Below, piece after piece: positions 8,906 through 16,631 of a DNA stretch of 20,000 bases; position 1 is the stretch's first letter; each line of letters opens with the position of its first letter. Source of the stretch: an uncultured virus (IMG/VR IMGVR_UViG_3300027612_000506) (Duplodnaviria > Heunggongvirae > Uroviricota > Caudoviricetes); the IMG/VR virus record IMGVR_UViG_3300027612_000506. The stretch is one strand, 5' to 3'. The notes under the pieces were generated by a model. That model saw only the letters and a list, made by a program, of their open reading frames with translations, was not told where the DNA came from and ran no database searches. The translations under genes and the position numbers were made by a program.

Positions 8906-8930
8906 CATTGAAGGCTCTTTGTAGTACTAT
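8902..8930 (+). promoter_or_regulatory. sigma70-type promoter upstream of the 8958-rnh operon
   Basis: gtgcTTGACA, 17-nt spacer, TACTAT. Same GTGCTTGACA -35 context as the other early promoters. AAGGAG RBS follows. Confidence 0.75.
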
Positions 8931-8957
8931 ATAAGTATTATTAAAGGAGTCCTATAT

Positions 8958-9497
8958 ATGGCACGAAGAAAAGTAACCAACGAAGAAGTTCCTCAGAAAA
9001 AAGTCCGCAAGCGCCGCAAGCCGATGACTGAGGAACAACGAGCGGCGGCTGCCGAAAGACTGGCTGTAGCTAGAGCAAAACGGCAAGCCGCCAATCCCCC
9101 TACATACGCTAACATCCATCCCGATGTGGTTGCATTAGATGATGACCACTATCTCTCACTGAAAAAAGTCCGTGAATGGATTAAACACAATAAGGAAGTT
9201 GCAACCGCATATGCAAAAGATGATAGAGCAGGTGTTAAAGGTGCACTTGCTAAGTCTAAGTATGCCGCTGGCTATGTCGCTAACATGGAAGCATATCTTC
9301 GCAATGGTGACTGGCAGGATAACTTCTATGGAGAGAACCGAGAGCATAAGATGACTTGGCGATGTGTTGCTATGGCATATAATGATGATGGCACACCTAA
9401 GCGTACACAGGGTGTATACTATTCTGACCTGGGATATGTCTACGGACAAGAACCTAAAGAGCCTGTAGAAGAAGGCTTAGAGGGGTTGTTCCAATGA
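8958..9497 (+). CDS. Hypothetical basic protein upstream of rnh
   Basis: Strong RBS, KPMTEEQRAAAAERLAVAR basic N-terminus, YLRNGDW.D.FYGE motif, ATGA coupling to rnh. Confidence 0.8.
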   Translation: MARRKVTNEEVPQKKVRKRRKPMTEEQRAAAAERLAVARAKRQAANPPTYANIHPDVVALDDDHYLSLKKVREWIKHNKEVATAYAKDDRAGVKGALAKSKYAAGYVANMEAYLRNGDWQDNFYGENREHKMTWRCVAMAYNDDGTPKRTQGVYYSDLGYVYGQEPKEPVEEGLEGLFQ

Positions 9498-10375
9498 TAG
9501 TAGTGGATTTTAACCAAACTGCAATTAGCACATTTATGGCAGAGGTGCGAGGACGCACTGATGTAGAGGTCAATGTACCTTTGCTTCGTCATATGATTAT
9601 CAACGCAATTAGAAGCTACAAGGTAAAGTTTGGACCTGAGTATGGGCAAGTTGTTATTGCATGTGACAACAGACATTATTGGCGCAGGGAAGTATTTCCT
9701 CACTACAAGGCTAGTCGTAAGAAAACTCGCGATGACAGTGGCTTTGATTGGAACACAATCTTTGAAGCACTCAATGCAATTCGTAATGAGATAGATGAGT
9801 ACTTTCCCTATCCTATTATAGATTGTCATGGGGCTGAGGCTGACGATGTAATTGGGACGCTTGCAGAGTATTCTCAGAGTGTACTAAAGCCCGGTGCATT
9901 GTTTGAGGAGACTGAACCGTTCCTTGTAGTATCAGGTGACCATGACTTTAATCAGTTGTTTAAGTTTCCTAATGTGAAACAATACTCACCTGTTAAAAAG
10001 AAATTCATTAAGATTGATTGTACCCCACAGGAAATTTTGATGGAGCATATTATCACAGGTGACAAGGGTGACGGTGTACCTAACATGTTAAGTGATGGTG
10101 ATACTTTTGTATCAGGCAAGCGGCAGAAGCCTATTCGTAAGGCTTTGATTGCAGAGTGGCGGTCACAATCACCTGAGGAGTTTGTCACAGGTGAGATGGC
10201 GGCAGGTTATGTACGAAACAAACAGTTAGTTGATTTATCAATGACACCCCAGGATATCAAGGATGATATTATTAAATCTTATGAGAGTCAACAGGGTAAG
10301 GATAAAAGCCAGTTGCTCAATTACTTTATGAAATTCCGTATGAAGAATATGATTGATGTCTTAGGAGACTTTTAA
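9494..10375 (+). CDS. rnh: T4-type RNase H (5'-3' exonuclease, FEN family)
   Basis: IVVDFNQ, IACD..HYWRR..FPHYKASR, EADDVIG, SGDHDF.QL, GDKGDGVPN. Confidence 0.95.
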   Translation: MIVVDFNQTAISTFMAEVRGRTDVEVNVPLLRHMIINAIRSYKVKFGPEYGQVVIACDNRHYWRREVFPHYKASRKKTRDDSGFDWNTIFEALNAIRNEIDEYFPYPIIDCHGAEADDVIGTLAEYSQSVLKPGALFEETEPFLVVSGDHDFNQLFKFPNVKQYSPVKKKFIKIDCTPQEILMEHIITGDKGDGVPNMLSDGDTFVSGKRQKPIRKALIAEWRSQSPEEFVTGEMAAGYVRNKQLVDLSMTPQDIKDDIIKSYESQQGKDKSQLLNYFMKFRMKNMIDVLGDF

Positions 10376-10683
10376 TGGCAGTTCAAACTATTGAGGTAAC
10401 AAACTATATTGAGAATGATGATGGTAGTGCCACAGTTGTTTTTGATATGGATGAGGATACAGTAAACTCATTTATCCGTGAAGGTATGCGAGTTGCACTA
10501 GGTGATTTAAGTAAGGATTATGTGCTCGTCTCATCTGATGAATGGGATGAGTGGGCTAAGATTGCAAACATACCTGAGCCTAGAACATATGAATTGTCCT
10601 CGGAAGAAGCCCAAGGCTTCTTCCAAATAGGCACACTTGCCGCAATTAAAAAAGGCATATCGGAAACACTGGGCGATGAGTAA
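10375..10683 (+). CDS. Hypothetical acidic protein
   Basis: TAATG coupling to rnh, AGGAG RBS, ENDDGSAT motif. Confidence 0.7.
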   Translation: MAVQTIEVTNYIENDDGSATVVFDMDEDTVNSFIREGMRVALGDLSKDYVLVSSDEWDEWAKIANIPEPRTYELSSEEAQGFFQIGTLAAIKKGISETLGDE

Positions 10684-11053
10684 ACTATTATATAATGCTA
10701 TGCGAACACCTGATGGTACTATTATTGAGAGTCGCCATCGCCATGATTATGTAACACACCTTGATGCAAATGGCAAGGAATATATGGTTGACGGCGGCTT
10801 AGACTATGTTCGGTGTTCTGTACATGATGACCAAGTAGATCTTTGTGTGTATGATGACGACAGCCATTCTCTTATACGCAAAACACTTGCTTGGGGTACA
10901 TATGGCAAGAACGGTGATCTACCGTTGACATATATATTACTGAAGGATATGGAAACTGACCATATTCAGGCATGTTTGGATAATGTACAAGCAATGTATC
11001 CTCAAGTTAGAAATGCAATGCAGAATGAATTGGAGTTTAGGAATGAAGTTTAG
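10676..11053 (+). CDS. Hypothetical phage protein
   Basis: TPDGTIIESRHRHDY...VDGGLDY...WGTYGKNG...DHI pattern. Start placed at ATG 10676. Confidence 0.75.
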   Translation: MSKLLYNAMRTPDGTIIESRHRHDYVTHLDANGKEYMVDGGLDYVRCSVHDDQVDLCVYDDDSHSLIRKTLAWGTYGKNGDLPLTYILLKDMETDHIQACLDNVQAMYPQVRNAMQNELEFRNEV

Positions 11054-11552
11054 ACAAGCAAATGAAGGCTTTGATTGGGTCTTTAAAGCCGAGGGTGTTG
11101 AAGAACAAGTTAAACGCTTGAAGCAATGGGCGGCAACAAATCAAACAGTTGTACCTGTTGTACGAATTGGTGTAGGCGCAGAGAAACCTGACTGGAATCT
11201 GCCTGAAGGTACACCTGATACTTTAAAGTTGGATAAGGATATGCCTGATGGTATGGGCGACACCACTATCCAAATGGAGTGGCGCCGCATTAGTGCATTT
11301 ATTACTCCTGGTGGTAACATGCAGAAGCTCGTTGATTGGAAGCGAGAAATGAACTGGTTACAGATCCTTGAAGGGCTACACTGGAAAGAATCTCAGGTGT
11401 TGACTGCTATTAAGGATGGTAAGTTGTTAGAGATGTACCCACAGTTAGAGGCATTACTCGCACCTATAGGTATTACTGAATATAATGTACCAGTGAAAGC
11501 TAAAAAGCCTAGGAAGAAAACTACAAAGAAAGTTGCCAAAGCAAAGGCGTAA
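11043..11552 (+). CDS. Hypothetical T4-like phage protein
   Basis: LPEG.P...KRE..WLQILEGLH..E...L.AIKD.KL...YP pattern, recalled from proteins downstream of rnh in T4-like phages. GGAG RBS. Confidence 0.75.
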   Translation: MKFRQANEGFDWVFKAEGVEEQVKRLKQWAATNQTVVPVVRIGVGAEKPDWNLPEGTPDTLKLDKDMPDGMGDTTIQMEWRRISAFITPGGNMQKLVDWKREMNWLQILEGLHWKESQVLTAIKDGKLLEMYPQLEALLAPIGITEYNVPVKAKKPRKKTTKKVAKAKA

Positions 11553-11560
11553 GGGAAGAC

Positions 11561-11758
11561 ATGAGAAAGCAAATTATAGATGCATTAGTCTCACAATACG
11601 AGGCGCAGATCAAACGACATAAAGTCAACATCGAAAACTATTTACAAAATACAGTAGGTGTTGCAGAACATCCTGATATTGTAGATACAATTGATTTAGA
11701 GCTTGCAAAACTTGCAGAGGCATCTGATAAATTAGAAACACTTAGAGAAATGTTTTAA
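11561..11758 (+). CDS. Small helical hypothetical protein
   Basis: NIENYL.N.VGVAEHPDI..TID.EL motif, with an RBS-like AAGGGA upstream. Confidence 0.75.
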   Translation: MRKQIIDALVSQYEAQIKRHKVNIENYLQNTVGVAEHPDIVDTIDLELAKLAEASDKLETLREMF

Positions 11759-11786
11759 GTGTGGGCAAAATTTAGACTGCCGCCAA

Positions 11787-12326
11787 TTAATCTTTGGGTA
11801 ATGCCTCGCTGGGACGATAGGGATCGTAAGTCCTACCCCATTGCCAACCCTCAGCCAACTCATGATCTAAAGCGACAAGATGCCGCTTACCAGAGGGCTC
11901 AACGCACCAGCGGCGCTTAGGTCTTTCATAGGCAGCGGCACGAATTTTAGCTATGGCATCGGGAGAATGTTTACGCCCATACATAGGATTGAATTCACCC
12001 TGCCTAGTACCTTTCATAGTTTTAGATACTTTTTCACGGAACTCCTCGGAGCGACCATTTTTTACAGCAGGATGATTTTCACCTAACTTGGCTTGGCGTA
12101 TTCTTTCACGCCCTTCAGGTGTGTGCCAAGTTGTGCGGTCACGGCAACGATCCACAATAGGTATGTTCTGTTTGTTTTGTGTGATGCAGTAATTACGCAC
12201 TGATTCCACATTAGAGTTTTTAATTAACATCTCCCGTGGCTTAGGGACATCCTGGATTGTATTTTCATCTACAATCCAGAACTCCTTAGGCGTTTTAAAT
12301 AGGAAGAATCTACTTGCTCTTGCCAT
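11787..12326 (-). CDS. NUMOD3-repeat DNA-binding protein (homing-endonuclease-related)
   Basis: HTPEGRERIRQAKLGENHP, RSEEFREKVSKTMKG, GEFNPMYGRKHSPDAIAKIR repeats and a C-terminal EGWQWGR motif. Confidence 0.75.
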   Translation of the reverse strand: MARASRFFLFKTPKEFWIVDENTIQDVPKPREMLIKNSNVESVRNYCITQNKQNIPIVDRCRDRTTWHTPEGRERIRQAKLGENHPAVKNGRSEEFREKVSKTMKGTRQGEFNPMYGRKHSPDAIAKIRAAAYERPKRRWCVEPSGKRHLVALDHELAEGWQWGRTYDPYRPSEALPKD

Positions 12327-12528
12327 CAATAAACTTCTTACGATATTCAGCAATACCGTCTAGGAAAGGTCGTGTGTTTTTACCTGCCAATGCGGCAAGG
12401 TGTTTGTCGTATGCAGTCTCGAGAACGGGTTTGGTGCGGCGCACTAGTTTTGTTGTAGCCTTTGCTACATTGCGTCTCTCACCTTTAGATGTGTAATGAT
12501 TCCCTGAGGATCTTTTACCTTTTGCCAT
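12310..12528 (-). CDS. Small basic hypothetical protein
   Basis: MAKGKRSSGNHYTSKGERRNV...; GGAG RBS, with TATAAATA upstream on the minus strand. Confidence 0.75.
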   Translation of the reverse strand: MAKGKRSSGNHYTSKGERRNVAKATTKLVRRTKPVLETAYDKHLAALAGKNTRPFLDGIAEYRKKFIDGKSK

Positions 12529-12537
12529 AATATACTC

Positions 12538-12569
12538 CATAAATAAATAGCATTAACTAGGTATTTATA
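12538..12569. promoter_or_regulatory. Opposed pair of T4-type late promoter motifs
   Basis: TATAAATA on the minus strand (12562-12569) and CATAAATA on the plus strand (12538-12545), between divergent genes. Confidence 0.6.
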
Positions 12570-13060
12570 TGAAAAAAGAACAGTGTTTTATTCCAGTACC
12601 ACATCTCATTACACCTGAGATGCAACGGGAGTATTACGAGTCCTTTACCACTACACCGAGAACAGGTGATATGCATTTTGTAAATTGTTTAGTGCATGAT
12701 GCAAGGCATCTACCTCATCCAAATCAGATAGCACAATTATGTGAAGCCATCTATTTCGCAGTGACTTCTCCCACGGGAGTGAAATCTCACATTGACCAGC
12801 AATATAACAACAATATAAGGAAGGCAGTTTTAATCGTACCACTGTATCCCTATGAAAACTCCTTTAAGGAATATAAACCCACAACATTCTACCCTGACTC
12901 CGGTTCAGTCACCGCTCCTATTGGCGCACCTATTTTAATGGATACTACAGTTAGGCATGGGGTTGAAGATAACCCCAATATTGACCAAAGAGTTGCCCTC
13001 CAGTTCTCATTTGACCACAAATACACCTATTCTGACATAAAAAATCTCCTATCTTTGTAA
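12569..13060 (+). CDS. Hypothetical protein, possible 2OG-Fe(II) oxygenase/cupin-like fold
   Basis: SHID (HxD), distal RHGV and QRVALQFSF resemble 2OG-Fe(II) dioxygenase ligands. Confidence 0.55.
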   Translation: MKKEQCFIPVPHLITPEMQREYYESFTTTPRTGDMHFVNCLVHDARHLPHPNQIAQLCEAIYFAVTSPTGVKSHIDQQYNNNIRKAVLIVPLYPYENSFKEYKPTTFYPDSGSVTAPIGAPILMDTTVRHGVEDNPNIDQRVALQFSFDHKYTYSDIKNLLSL

Positions 13061-13069
13061 AATAATTTG

Positions 13070-13082
13070 TAAGTGCTTGATT
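13070..13082 (-). promoter_or_regulatory. IHF-consensus site
   Basis: TAAGTGCTTGATT; its reverse complement AATCAAGCACTTA matches WATCAANNNNTTR. Confidence 0.6.
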
Positions 13083-13105
13083 TGATTGGTAATAAGATTT
13101 ACCAA

Positions 13106-13173
13106 AGTGCTTGACATTGGACCCAAAAGAGTCCATAATGTATATGTAAAGTGAAGAAACGGAGAGAGTTATG
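13106..13173 (+). repeat. Early promoter plus RBS cassette, copy 1
   Basis: TTGACA (13111), 17-nt spacer, CATAAT (13134), leader, GGAG RBS, ATG. 65/68 identical to 19424-19491. Confidence 0.9.
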
Positions 13174-13599
13174 AAGCTAGTTATCCACACCCAGTTCCGC
13201 GAAAACTACGGTGCCCATGATTGGGACGGCAAGGGTCTATGCCCTCAGTACTGGAAGAACAAAGGTGGTGACACCTATGTTATCGAGTGTACTCTCGAAC
13301 AGGCTCAGGACGCTGGCTTCTATGCCGCTGTGGGTCGTTGCATTGCACACCGCTCTGATTACTCTGAGGAGTTTATCCTTGGCGAGTCGTTGGTCGATGA
13401 CATCGACTTCGACCCTGCTACTGTGGTTGAGGAGTGGGACACTGCCATTTATGCTTGGTACGAGGACGGTGTTCTTGCTTGTCTTAAAGATCAGAAGTCC
13501 TACGATATATCCAATCGTGTTATTGGTTTCCGTACTTGGTTGCAGGATCCTGATGGCAAGCGTGAAATTCGTTATGTCCAAACGGAGGAGGTAGCGTAA
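13171..13599 (+). CDS. Hypothetical early phage protein
   Basis: First gene of a promoter cassette; TQFRENYGAHDWDG.G.CPQYWK.KGG motif. Confidence 0.85.
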   Translation: MKLVIHTQFRENYGAHDWDGKGLCPQYWKNKGGDTYVIECTLEQAQDAGFYAAVGRCIAHRSDYSEEFILGESLVDDIDFDPATVVEEWDTAIYAWYEDGVLACLKDQKSYDISNRVIGFRTWLQDPDGKREIRYVQTEEVA

Positions 13600-13775
13600 T
13601 GAAGTTTCTCAAGGAGACCACTAAGTGGGATGGTAAGACTCCAAACCACACTTATGCTTTCGAGAACGGACAGTGTGTTGGATACATCAAGGCAGGTACT
13701 ACAGAGTTATTGATGTTTGGTAAGCCTTCCAAGCAGTTTAGCAAGTCCCGTAGAACATTTGTTGAGGTTAAATAA
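13599..13775 (+). CDS. Small hypothetical protein (58 aa, not in ORF track)
   Basis: MKFLKETTKWDGKTPNHTYAF...FSKSRRTFVEVK; GGAGG RBS and TAATG coupling. Confidence 0.8.
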   Translation: MKFLKETTKWDGKTPNHTYAFENGQCVGYIKAGTTELLMFGKPSKQFSKSRRTFVEVK

Positions 13776-13779
13776 GTGC

Positions 13780-13808
13780 TTGACATTTGTTTTAAAAGGC
13801 GGTATAAT
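13780..13808 (+). promoter_or_regulatory. sigma70 consensus early promoter
   Basis: aagtgcTTGACA, 17-nt spacer, TATAAT. Confidence 0.88.
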
Positions 13809-13839
13809 AAGGTATAGTTAGAGAAAAGAGAGATATATT

Positions 13840-14073
13840 ATGTGTGGAGCTTATACAGGTGAACATGAAATCAAGATGTTCCAAGCCGAAATTGAATTAC
13901 ATTATGATGACAATAGCCAAGGTGCTAAGGTCATTTATGCCCACAGCCTAGAGCAGGTTATGGATGATGCAACCGAGTTTGTTAAAACTATTATTGCCGC
14001 CCAAGATATTATGGGTGACAAGCGTGTGATTAAGCATCGTGTGATAGGAGGCGAGTGTGGCGTACAATTTTAA
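13840..14073 (+). CDS. Hypothetical early protein
   Basis: ORF directly downstream of the promoter, with a GAGAG leader. Confidence 0.7.
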   Translation: MCGAYTGEHEIKMFQAEIELHYDDNSQGAKVIYAHSLEQVMDDATEFVKTIIAAQDIMGDKRVIKHRVIGGECGVQF

Positions 14074-14239
14074 AAGTAAAAAAGAGCTGGTTCAGATTAA
14101 CCCAGGTTTGTATGAGTACATGCTGACGGTTGTAGGTGGTAAGGCTTTAATGGCAGAGACTCGCATTGAGGAGATTAACAGCTTCCTCACTGGTCTTGAT
14201 GCATTTTGTGATACTCTAGAGGAAGAAGCATATGACTAA
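14057..14239 (+). CDS. Hypothetical protein
   Basis: AGGAGG RBS before a GTG start; overlaps both neighbours by a few bases. Confidence 0.7.
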   Translation: MAYNFKSKKELVQINPGLYEYMLTVVGGKALMAETRIEEINSFLTGLDAFCDTLEEEAYD

Positions 14240-14411
14240 GGTTGAGCGTTTGGTTGCAGAGTTTATTTACGAGGACTTTCCTGATTGGGAAGGGTTGTGC
14301 CTGTCTCTGGTTGACGAGGGCCTGACAGATAGCCAGGTTTTTGATGTTTGCTATGATGTTCGACAGGGTGGTACGGGATATTTAGGAAAAGATTTTGAAT
14401 TGTCTTATTAA
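14232..14411 (+). CDS. Small acidic hypothetical protein (59 aa, not in ORF track)
   Basis: MTKVERLVAEFIYEDFPDWEGLC...FELSY; GAGGA RBS; fills the gap before the next promoter. Confidence 0.7.
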   Translation: MTKVERLVAEFIYEDFPDWEGLCLSLVDEGLTDSQVFDVCYDVRQGGTGYLGKDFELSY

Positions 14412-14422
14412 TCAAGCACTTA
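14410..14422 (+). promoter_or_regulatory. IHF-consensus site (inverted relative to the other two)
   Basis: AATCAAGCACTTA matches WATCAANNNNTTR. Confidence 0.6.
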
Positions 14423-14438
14423 GGGGTGCAATCTTTTC

Positions 14439-14504
14439 TTGACATTTGTGCCAAAAGAGTGCATAATGTGTATATAAAGTGAAGAAACAGGAGTTTAGAT
14501 CATG
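14439..14504 (+). promoter_or_regulatory. Early promoter plus RBS cassette, diverged copy
   Basis: TTGACA, 17-nt spacer (contains CCAAAAGAGT), CATAAT, then GTGTATATAAAGTGAAGAAAC and AGGAG, shared with the 13106 and 19424 cassettes. Confidence 0.85.
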
Positions 14505-14891
14505 GCTTATATTAGTACAAAAGAAGTTAAAGCAATCCGCGAAGAGCTTAAGGTAGCTTTCCCTAAATACAAGTTCTCAGTCCGCAAGAGCAGTGGTAGT
14601 CTCTCAGTAGAGGTTTCGCTTATGAAGGGTCCTAAGGGTCTTCTAGAGACTGTTGGAGAGACATATAGCGGTGCTGGTTACCAGCAGATCAACCACTATC
14701 ACACTCACAATTATGGTGAATATAAAGGCCTGTTTGATAGGATTGTTGAGGTCATAAAGACTGCTCCTGCTAAGGCAGAAGGTGGTAGCGCATGGTACGA
14801 TAACAGCGATGCGATGACCGATTACTTCGACACTGCATTCTACATGAGCGTGAATGTTGGACAGTATGGAAAAGGATATCAGAGCGTATGA
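14502..14891 (+). CDS. LPD29-like domain protein
   Basis: K.IR.ELK..FP.YKFSVR N-terminus and SDAMTDYFD..FY C-terminal motif. Confidence 0.7.
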   Translation: MAYISTKEVKAIREELKVAFPKYKFSVRKSSGSLSVEVSLMKGPKGLLETVGETYSGAGYQQINHYHTHNYGEYKGLFDRIVEVIKTAPAKAEGGSAWYDNSDAMTDYFDTAFYMSVNVGQYGKGYQSV

Positions 14892-15484
14892 TGAAAGAAA
14901 AAATAATCCTAACAGACATTGATGGAGTCGTCCTCGATTGGGAGGAGGGCTTCAGCGTTTGGATGCAACATCATGGGCATGATACTGTTGAGGGCTTCAA
15001 AGAGTTTTATGACATCAACAAGCGATATGGTGTTAAGAAGGAAGTAAGTAAGAAGCTGGTAGAACAATTTAACAGCTCTGCGGCGATAGGCTTCCTACCC
15101 CCATTGCGAGATGCTCAGTACTATATGAAGTTACTCCATGAGAAACACAAATATAAATTTATCGCAGTAACTAGTCTAAGCGATGACCCGTTTGCACAAA
15201 AGCTAAGAGAACGGAACCTAGCTAAACTGTTTGGTGATAACACTTTCGAGGAAGTTATTTGTTTGTCATGCGGCGCTGACAAGGACGAGATTCTAATAGA
15301 GCTTATGGAAAACTACGAAGGCTGTTATTGGATTGAGGACAAGGTAGAGAATGCTCTTATTGGTTCGAGCGTAGGGTTCGACACCTTACTGATGGAGCAT
15401 AAATACAACATGCACGAGAAGGGTGATTTTAGAATTGTGAAGAACTGGGAGGATATCTATGGAAAAGTGGTTGGACAAGGATAG
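14888..15484 (+). CDS. HAD-superfamily phosphatase/nucleotidase-like protein (T4 gp30.2-like)
   Basis: ILTDIDGVVLDW (DxD motif I), AVTS, K, WIEDK.EN. Confidence 0.85.
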   Translation: MMKEKIILTDIDGVVLDWEEGFSVWMQHHGHDTVEGFKEFYDINKRYGVKKEVSKKLVEQFNSSAAIGFLPPLRDAQYYMKLLHEKHKYKFIAVTSLSDDPFAQKLRERNLAKLFGDNTFEEVICLSCGADKDEILIELMENYEGCYWIEDKVENALIGSSVGFDTLLMEHKYNMHEKGDFRIVKNWEDIYGKVVGQG

Positions 15485-15653
15485 TGAATTTTATCATTTT
15501 GCTAGACTAGTGTGGCGTGAGAACTGCCAAGAAAGATTCGATAATAACGAGCCTGAATTAACTTGGGCAGAGTATTTTTCAAACAATGAATCTTTCCTTA
15601 GGGAAACATATCAGGAGCATGGAATCGAATGGATCCAATCACCAGTACAATAA
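15459..15653 (+). CDS. Hypothetical protein
   Basis: GGAGG RBS; W.ENC.ER...EY motif. Confidence 0.7.
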   Translation: MEKWLDKDSEFYHFARLVWRENCQERFDNNEPELTWAEYFSNNESFLRETYQEHGIEWIQSPVQ

Positions 15654-15832
15654 TCTCTCTAGTGTGTCTTATGGCATCTTTTTATATTGGTAAATCCTCA
15701 GGCAAGCGAGAAGGTATCGAATTAGGTATCATCATTCTCACAGAGTTTTTTACTAAGAAACTGGGTGTAGAGAAAATGCAAGAGTATGAGAATGAGTTTG
15801 TAGATATGATGAGGCGGAAGCATGGCAGTTGA
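15629..15832 (+). CDS. Small membrane-anchored hypothetical protein
   Basis: Hydrophobic N-terminus followed by FYIGK..G.REG; AGGAG upstream. Confidence 0.65.
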   Translation: MDPITSTIISLVCLMASFYIGKSSGKREGIELGIIILTEFFTKKLGVEKMQEYENEFVDMMRRKHGS

Positions 15833-16631
15833 TGACATATCATTACCCTGCTGGGATGATAGGCAGGAGAGCTGGTTCAGTTCCGATGATGAGCGTTCCT
15901 TCAAGATCAATATAAAAAAGCGAAAGGACCTGCTACAAAAGTATGGTTGGGTGCAGGAGGATGGCGTATCACCTGTACCAATTAACTATTCTGTAAATGG
16001 CTATAACTTCCGAGATGAGGAAATAGATGATAGGCCTGATACAGCGATTGCTATAGGTTGTTCATGCACATTTGGCGTAGGTATGCACCGTGAAAGTACA
16101 TGGCCCTATCTTGTAGAACAGGCTATACAGAAAAAAGTGTGGAATCTAGGTGTGCCTGCAGGCGGCTATGAATCCTGCTTCCGTGCATTAGAGTTGGTTA
16201 TTGCTACAACAAAATCTAAAGAGGTATTTCTACAGACTCCTAGCGATTGGCGTAGAGAGATACTGAATGATACGGATGACCCCGCTATTAGAATAGGTAG
16301 CTGGAATGCGTCTAATCCAAATTTTGAATTATATCTAGCCGACAGAGAGTTTGCGATTGCTAAGAGGCGGACGCTATATGCCATTCTCGGAGTGTGCCAG
16401 CGATATGGTGCAAAACTATATCTTTGGAATGCACAGGAGGCACATGTAAAACTTAATGTACAGGAAATGGATAGGGGTAGAGACCTAATACATCCAGGAC
16501 ATCAATGGCACAGTGCTGCTCGAGATGCTATGTTGGAGAGATATGGTAAGCCGATGGACATTGAAGCCATCTATGCAGAACTTGAACATTACGAATCTTA
16601 TAAGAATGAATATAGATCTATTATCAATTAA
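15822..16631 (+). CDS. SGNH/GDSL-hydrolase-like protein, paralog 1
   Basis: NGYNFR, GCSCTFGVG (GxS block I), TWP, WNLGVPAGG, RDLIHPG (DxxH). Confidence 0.65.
   Translation: MAVDDISLPCWDDRQESWFSSDDERSFKINIKKRKDLLQKYGWVQEDGVSPVPINYSVNGYNFRDEEIDDRPDTAIAIGCSCTFGVGMHRESTWPYLVEQAIQKKVWNLGVPAGGYESCFRALELVIATTKSKEVFLQTPSDWRREILNDTDDPAIRIGSWNASNPNFELYLADREFAIAKRRTLYAILGVCQRYGAKLYLWNAQEAHVKLNVQEMDRGRDLIHPGHQWHSAARDAMLERYGKPMDIEAIYAELEHYESYKNEYRSIIN

Noticed and set aside
11759..11786. Intrinsic terminator between convergent genes
   Set aside because: Only a weak GGCA/TGCC pairing with a long loop and no U-tract, so not supportable.
13211..13594. Alternative-frame and antisense ORFs over the 13171 gene (13211-13594 +, 13237-13581 -)
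   Set aside because: No RBS and atypical composition. The promoter and RBS point to the 13171 frame.
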